Positions 49,893 through 53,787 of a stretch of 53,787 bases of DNA are shown piece after piece. Source of the DNA: Methanomassiliicoccales archaeon. GTDB lineage: Archaea > Thermoplasmatota > Thermoplasmata > SG8-5 > JAGLSY01. The DNA is taken from NCBI GenBank assembly GCA_030672365.1, contig DAOVGM010000022.1, forward strand, positions 1 to 53,787, read 5' to 3'. Position 1 is the stretch's first letter; the number at the start of each line of letters is the position of its first letter. The notes below the pieces were generated by a model. It saw only the letters and a program-made list of their open reading frames with translations. It searched no databases and had not been told where the DNA came from. Made by a program: the position numbers and the translations under genes.

Positions 49893-50064
49893 AGCCTGCT
49901 CGCTCGGTCGTCACCTTTGGTCTCCTTGCTCCGAGCAGGACACTGGGGGACGGGTCAATGTTGTGTCAATTGCACAACATTTTACTTCGGGATGCATAGC
50001 GAACCGAAGTAACGCCAGCGGAGGAGCGGAAGGGCGGGGGGAGTACCAAATGAATGGGGCGGGC
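49893..50064 (+). repeat. Family-A intergenic repeat (A4) with an extra inverted 5' module
   Basis: GCCTGCTCGCTCGG (inverted) ... GCTCCGAGCAGGAC-ACTGGGGGACGGG, then H1 ATGTTGTG-TCAATTG-CACAACAT, then H2 TTACTTCGG-GATGCATAGCGAA-CCGAAGTAA, then CGCCAGCGGAGGAGCGGAAGGGCGGGGGG...GGGGCGGGC. Confidence 0.8.
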
Positions 50065-50150
50065 ACTAACCCACCCACTGGCCCACCCAGAATCTGGAGC
50101 GGGAAAATCTCGGATAAAGGTTTTATAGAAGTATATATCTGCCAATACCA

Positions 50151-51098
50151 ATGAACCGCGATGAATTGGTCAAGGACGTTCGGAACATGCTGGTAAAGAC
50201 TGGTTTCAGTTCTTCAGACCCGTCGTTTCTCCAGCACGCTGGCTTCGACCTGGTCGCGCGCCGCGACCGGCTAATTATGATTCTCAAGATTTTGACGAAC
50301 GTCGATTCCGTGGACAGGCAGGGGATGGCCAGCATGGTCGCGCTGGCCAGAGCTGTCGAAGGAACCCCTATAATCATCGGGCTGAAGATGGCCAGTGCCG
50401 CGATGGAGGACGGCGTCGTGTATTCGAGATATGGAATACCGGCCTTCACCCGCAACACGCTCTTCGACCTTTTTGTCGAGGGGGTGCCGCCGATGGTCTA
50501 TTCTGCGCCGGGAGGTCTGTACGTTCGTCTGGACAGCGATGTGCTGCGCGAAATGCGGGAAAAGGGCATGTCCCTCGGAGAACTGGCTGAGGTTGCGGGG
50601 GTCTCGAGACGGACTATCCAGATGTATGAGGACGGCATGGGGGCCAAGCTCGAGGCTGCGATACGCCTGGAGGAGCATCTGGGCATCGAGCTGATAAACC
50701 CCATCGACCCGCTGTCGATCTCGCAGAAGTACTACGAAGGTTCTCTTGATATGGACGGGGCCGTCGTGCCCGACATGATGAAGGCGATTTTCGAGCAGCT
50801 GCACGACATGGGGTATTCCGTTCAGTTAACGAACAGGTGCCCGTTCGACGCGCTTACTTCAGACCGCAGGAATCTTCTGTTCACGGGGGTTGGCCAGCTG
50901 GACTCCCACATAAAAAGGAGAGCCAGGGTGATGGCTAACATTTCTAAACTCCTGGAACGGAAATCCGTGTTCTTCGTCGAACGGCGGAAGGGGCGGGTCA
51001 GTCTCGAGGGCACGCCGTTAATCGAGTATTCGGAGCTGGGCACAATTCACGAGAAGAAAAAGATAATCCAGATAATCGACGACAGGGGGTCGGATTGA
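50151..51098 (+). CDS. Archaeal HTH (XRE-type) transcriptional regulator, COG1395-type
   Basis: 315 aa. GFDLVARR...ILKILTNVDS..., GVVYSRYGIPA, and the central HTH MSLGELAEVAGVSRRTIQMYEDG match the conserved ~320-aa archaeal 'putative HTH-type transcriptional regulatory protein' layout. Confidence 0.85.
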   Translation: MNRDELVKDVRNMLVKTGFSSSDPSFLQHAGFDLVARRDRLIMILKILTNVDSVDRQGMASMVALARAVEGTPIIIGLKMASAAMEDGVVYSRYGIPAFTRNTLFDLFVEGVPPMVYSAPGGLYVRLDSDVLREMREKGMSLGELAEVAGVSRRTIQMYEDGMGAKLEAAIRLEEHLGIELINPIDPLSISQKYYEGSLDMDGAVVPDMMKAIFEQLHDMGYSVQLTNRCPFDALTSDRRNLLFTGVGQLDSHIKRRARVMANISKLLERKSVFFVERRKGRVSLEGTPLIEYSELGTIHEKKKIIQIIDDRGSD

Positions 51099-51140
51099 AT
51101 GAGTGAGCAGAAGCGAACACATTCAACAGCCCCACATGAA
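51096..51140 (+). repeat. Family-C intercistronic hairpin repeat (C3)
   Basis: TTGAATGAGTGAGCAGAAGCGAACACATTCAACAGCCCCACATGAAATGGGGGG, immediately before the next start codon. Confidence 0.55.
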
Positions 51141-51148
51141 ATGGGGGG

Positions 51149-51799
51149 ATGCTGATGGTTGTGGGTGGCGGCGAGGTGCTGGTTGTCGGGGCGGTGCGCG
51201 GCCTCGTTTCGGAATCCGAGGCCGTTCGACAGTCCTCTAAATCATTTCAGCCGGATGCTGTTGCCATTTCGATTTCAAAGGAGCAGTTGCAGGCGATGTT
51301 AGAGCACATCGGCTCTGGTGCTGACATGGCGGAACTGGACAACATCGAGGAGGAGTTCTACGTCGAGGGGCTGAAAAGGTTCGGCGAAGTGAAGAAGCCG
51401 CCGCCGTGCTTTGTCGAGGCCTGGAGGCTGTGCGATAAGGAGAAAATTCCGCTGTATCCGGTCGATTTCGACGACGTGGAGTTCACAGACCTCTACTGCC
51501 ACTACGTCTCTGGTCTGGAATGGCTCCGCCAGCCATCTAAACAAAGGACGCTGGCCAAGAAGAAGTTCTACAGCAAGACCGCGCAGGAGTTCACTGTCGA
51601 GTGGGACAAAATCGTGAACCGCTCGAAGGGTCTCCGGAGCATGGAGCAAGCCCGAGAGGACAAGATTGCGAGGGAAACCGGACGTCTGGCTGCCGAGCAT
51701 TCCCGGGTCATGCTCGTCGTTGATTATGAGAGAGCGGGGGCTGTGGCCGGCATGCTTAGCTCTGCAGGCGTTCGTTTACGAGCTCCGCAAGCCGAATGA
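51149..51799 (+). CDS. Hypothetical protein, weakly TraB/PrgY-like
   Basis: 216 aa. VLVVGAVRGLVSESEAVRQSSKSFQPDAVAISISKEQL loosely resembles the TraB-family N-terminus (GTAHVS..S...V......PD.V.vEL). Its 3' end overlaps the convergent M20 gene by 44 nt. Confidence 0.45.
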   Translation: MLMVVGGGEVLVVGAVRGLVSESEAVRQSSKSFQPDAVAISISKEQLQAMLEHIGSGADMAELDNIEEEFYVEGLKRFGEVKKPPPCFVEAWRLCDKEKIPLYPVDFDDVEFTDLYCHYVSGLEWLRQPSKQRTLAKKKFYSKTAQEFTVEWDKIVNRSKGLRSMEQAREDKIARETGRLAAEHSRVMLVVDYERAGAVAGMLSSAGVRLRAPQAE

Positions 51800-52835
51800 A
51801 GGCGCTGGCTCCGTTTGAAATCGCATCGATTTCAATCCACTCGTCGGGCTGATGGGCCGGCTTCGGATATCCGGGGCCGAAAAGAATGACGTTCGGATTC
51901 GTCTGGCCGAATATAGCCATTTCGGTCGCATACGGCACCTTTCCCGCCTTCGAGAACTCATTTTTGATTATAGCCATCAAATCGCTGGAAATCCGCGATT
52001 TGATTTCCGGAATCTTGTGTAATATTTCAAAAACCAGCTGGCCGTCGGGCGACATTGTCTGCTCCAACTTGTCGTAGACATCGTATTTCGTGAAGTCCGG
52101 GCTGTAACGGATGTCGATGCTGGCTTCGGCCTTGCTGGCCACCATGTTTATGAGCTCGCCGCCTGAAATCATGCTGATGTTGAAGGTGATCGGCTCTTCG
52201 CTCGTCTCGCCGAAGAAATCGGAACTCTTCAGACGTTCGAGGGAGGCTAGCAACTTGTTGATTGCGCTGTCGCCTGTCTCCGTCATGCTGGCATGTGCGC
52301 TCTTCCCTTCGGCCAGCACCTTGACCTGCAAAACTCCCTTCTCTTCGGTAACCGGCACCATATCGGTGGGCTCGGCAACGACTATCAGCGGAATTTCATT
52401 TATCTCTGGATGTTCCCGGGCCAGCACCTCCGCGCCTGCCATGCTGACCTCCTCGTCGGTCGTGAAGGTCAAGGCAATGCCCTGCCCAGTCTCGATAATC
52501 TTGCTGGCTGCGAGCAGTATCGATACACAGGGGCCTTTCATGTCTAAGACCCCGCGGCCGTAAATTCTGTCGCCCTCGATTTGCCCCTGCTCCTTCGTCC
52601 ATCCTGTTCCCAGATTAACCGTGTCCAGATGGCCGGAGAACATTATCGTGGGAGTGCCGTGGACAGCGTAGAGGGCCGGCGCGCCGTCGTTCTCGTGCCT
52701 GGTGACTTTCATGCCGAGGTTTTCGAGCATGCTTGTCATAACCTCGATAACTTGAGATTTATCGCAGTCTGGCTCCGACTTCGCCTCTAGCAGTTTCATC
52801 AGCATTTTCATGGCATTGTCCCTGGAAAATTCCAT
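51756..52835 (-). CDS. M20-family metallopeptidase / deacylase (ArgE/DapE/LysK-like)
   Basis: 359 aa. FSGHLDTV, RGVLDMKG, TTDEE and HQPDEWIE motifs. Confidence 0.85.
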   Translation of the reverse strand: MEFSRDNAMKMLMKLLEAKSEPDCDKSQVIEVMTSMLENLGMKVTRHENDGAPALYAVHGTPTIMFSGHLDTVNLGTGWTKEQGQIEGDRIYGRGVLDMKGPCVSILLAASKIIETGQGIALTFTTDEEVSMAGAEVLAREHPEINEIPLIVVAEPTDMVPVTEEKGVLQVKVLAEGKSAHASMTETGDSAINKLLASLERLKSSDFFGETSEEPITFNISMISGGELINMVASKAEASIDIRYSPDFTKYDVYDKLEQTMSPDGQLVFEILHKIPEIKSRISSDLMAIIKNEFSKAGKVPYATEMAIFGQTNPNVILFGPGYPKPAHQPDEWIEIDAISNGASAFIRLAELVNERLQS

Positions 52836-52865
52836 CGGGTGAAGAACGACTCGCCAGATTTAAAA

Positions 52866-53787
52866 TTATATGTTGTCCGCAACCCAGGTGTCTGCCTCAG
52901 TTATGTACAGCCAGTATCCTTTTCCCGGGTGCATCATATCTGTCACCTGCAGCTCCTCTACATTGTACGGCTGGCTGCTATTTTGGGCCCCGACAGTGTC
53001 GTAAGAAAGACCTGAGAGCGCGTCCTGAACTGACATGGAATCGTGGAAAGGATATGAGACAAAATTCCAGCCGATAAGGAGGTCTATCGATATGTCAACT
53101 ACCTCGCCGACGGTGGCGAAGACATCGACACCGGGCGCATATACCCAGAGTGCCATCTTGTTGTCAACCGAGTTCAACTCGTTTAAAACCGGATCTCTGG
53201 CGGTGACGTTCAATTTCCAATGATCAACTAAATCAGAGGCGTTATAATACCATACGCTCTCATAGCCAGCAATCGTGGCAAGTGCAGAGTATAGCGGCTC
53301 ACCGGTCTGCGGAAACGGCGTCGAAATCAGGTTCCAGCCGGGCTCGATTTCCATTCCCGCCTTTCCGACAATTGTGGAACACTGGCCGTAGTTCCTGGCG
53401 CGATCTCTCGCCCTGATCTGGTAATAATAATTGGAAGTGTTGCCATCCCCGAGCCCAGGCTCGGGGACGGCCAGGTCCCCGGTCGTGCCGTAGATTTCAG
53501 TGCCCAAAGCAGACAGGTTATTCGAGCGGAAGATCTCGTAGTCGATGACGTCTGCCGAAATTGAGCCAGTCCAGTATATTTTAATGTCTGTTTTGTTCTC
53601 GTCGCCGGTTCTCTCCGCCAGGAAAATTCTCCGCGTGCCACTATGTCCACCATACCAGATTCTCAGAACGTCTCCGTCGAACATTGCAGAGCAGTATCTG
53701 ACACTCACATCCAGCTCAGGCGCGACCCCAGAGTCAACGGCCACCCCTTGTTTAATCCACGTCAGACCATCGGAGGAGGTCGCCTCG
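52866..53787 (-). CDS. Extracellular protein, 5' end truncated by the window edge
   Basis: The frame stays open upstream of the listed ATG (53744) to the window end and reads ...TSSDGLTWIKQGVAVDSG (an Asp-box/BNR-like SxDGxTW). Also an FN3-like YYYQIRARDRARNYG segment and two GWN[LF][IV]S.PF repeats. Confidence 0.55.
   Translation of the reverse strand, partial: EATSSDGLTWIKQGVAVDSGVAPELDVSVRYCSAMFDGDVLRIWYGGHSGTRRIFLAERTGDENKTDIKIYWTGSISADVIDYEIFRSNNLSALGTEIYGTTGDLAVPEPGLGDGNTSNYYYQIRARDRARNYGQCSTIVGKAGMEIEPGWNLISTPFPQTGEPLYSALATIAGYESVWYYNASDLVDHWKLNVTARDPVLNELNSVDNKMALWVYAPGVDVFATVGEVVDISIDLLIGWNFVSYPFHDSMSVQDALSGLSYDTVGAQNSSQPYNVEELQVTDMMHPGKGYWLYITEADTWVADNI

Noticed and set aside
51756-51799. 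44-nt convergent overlap of the TraB-like and M20 peptidase genes
   Set aside because: It is probably an ordinary 3'-3' overlap, or a slightly mis-set C-terminus of the weakly supported TraB-like ORF. It is not treated as a regulatory feature.

Overview
Archaeal chromosomal segment. Markers: Orc1/Cdc6, TFS, aEF-1beta, ribosomal protein S17e, Kae1, Trm1, an archaeal-type SRP RNA and an intron-containing tRNA-Asn. The host looks like a heterotrophic euryarchaeote, possibly Thermoplasmatota-like; this is inference only and no search was possible. I call about 50 protein genes, mostly housekeeping and metabolism: etfB, acyl-CoA dehydrogenase, paaK-like ligase, alaS, nadC, HDAC-family deacetylase, beta-carbonic anhydrase, an AMP-forming acyl-CoA synthetase, a GT2 glycosyltransferase, an M20 peptidase and a 1142-aa glycosylated surface protein. 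No rRNA, CRISPR array, cas gene, integrase or transposase was seen. Five things stand out. (1) Four KaiC/RecA-like ATPase genes sit in three loci. Two have an unusual GxxGxMK[ST] P-loop and are paired with long acidic, coiled-coil zinc-ribbon proteins. The largest locus (25.6-30.7 kb) is a five-gene cassette whose two scaffold proteins share a near-identical DIKDVTGIEDATDI repeat; this is my best candidate for an undescribed system. (2) A modular, G-tract-rich intergenic repeat family (family A) occurs in 8 copies, all on the same strand. It carries interchangeable hairpin modules with compensatory stem substitutions. One copy sits between a relic and a functional copy of the etfB 5' end, and another is read through as a C-terminal extension of S17e. 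Two further hairpin-repeat families (B and C) also occur. (3) Two visibly AT-rich islands are present; one encodes a 6x zinc-ribbon protein with a PD-(D/E)xK-like core. (4) One protein fuses four CBS domains to an HPF/RaiA-like domain. (5) An 89-codon protein-like ORF has no canonical start and lies behind an in-frame TGA. All calls rest on reading the sequence and the ORF translations; no database search or folding was run.
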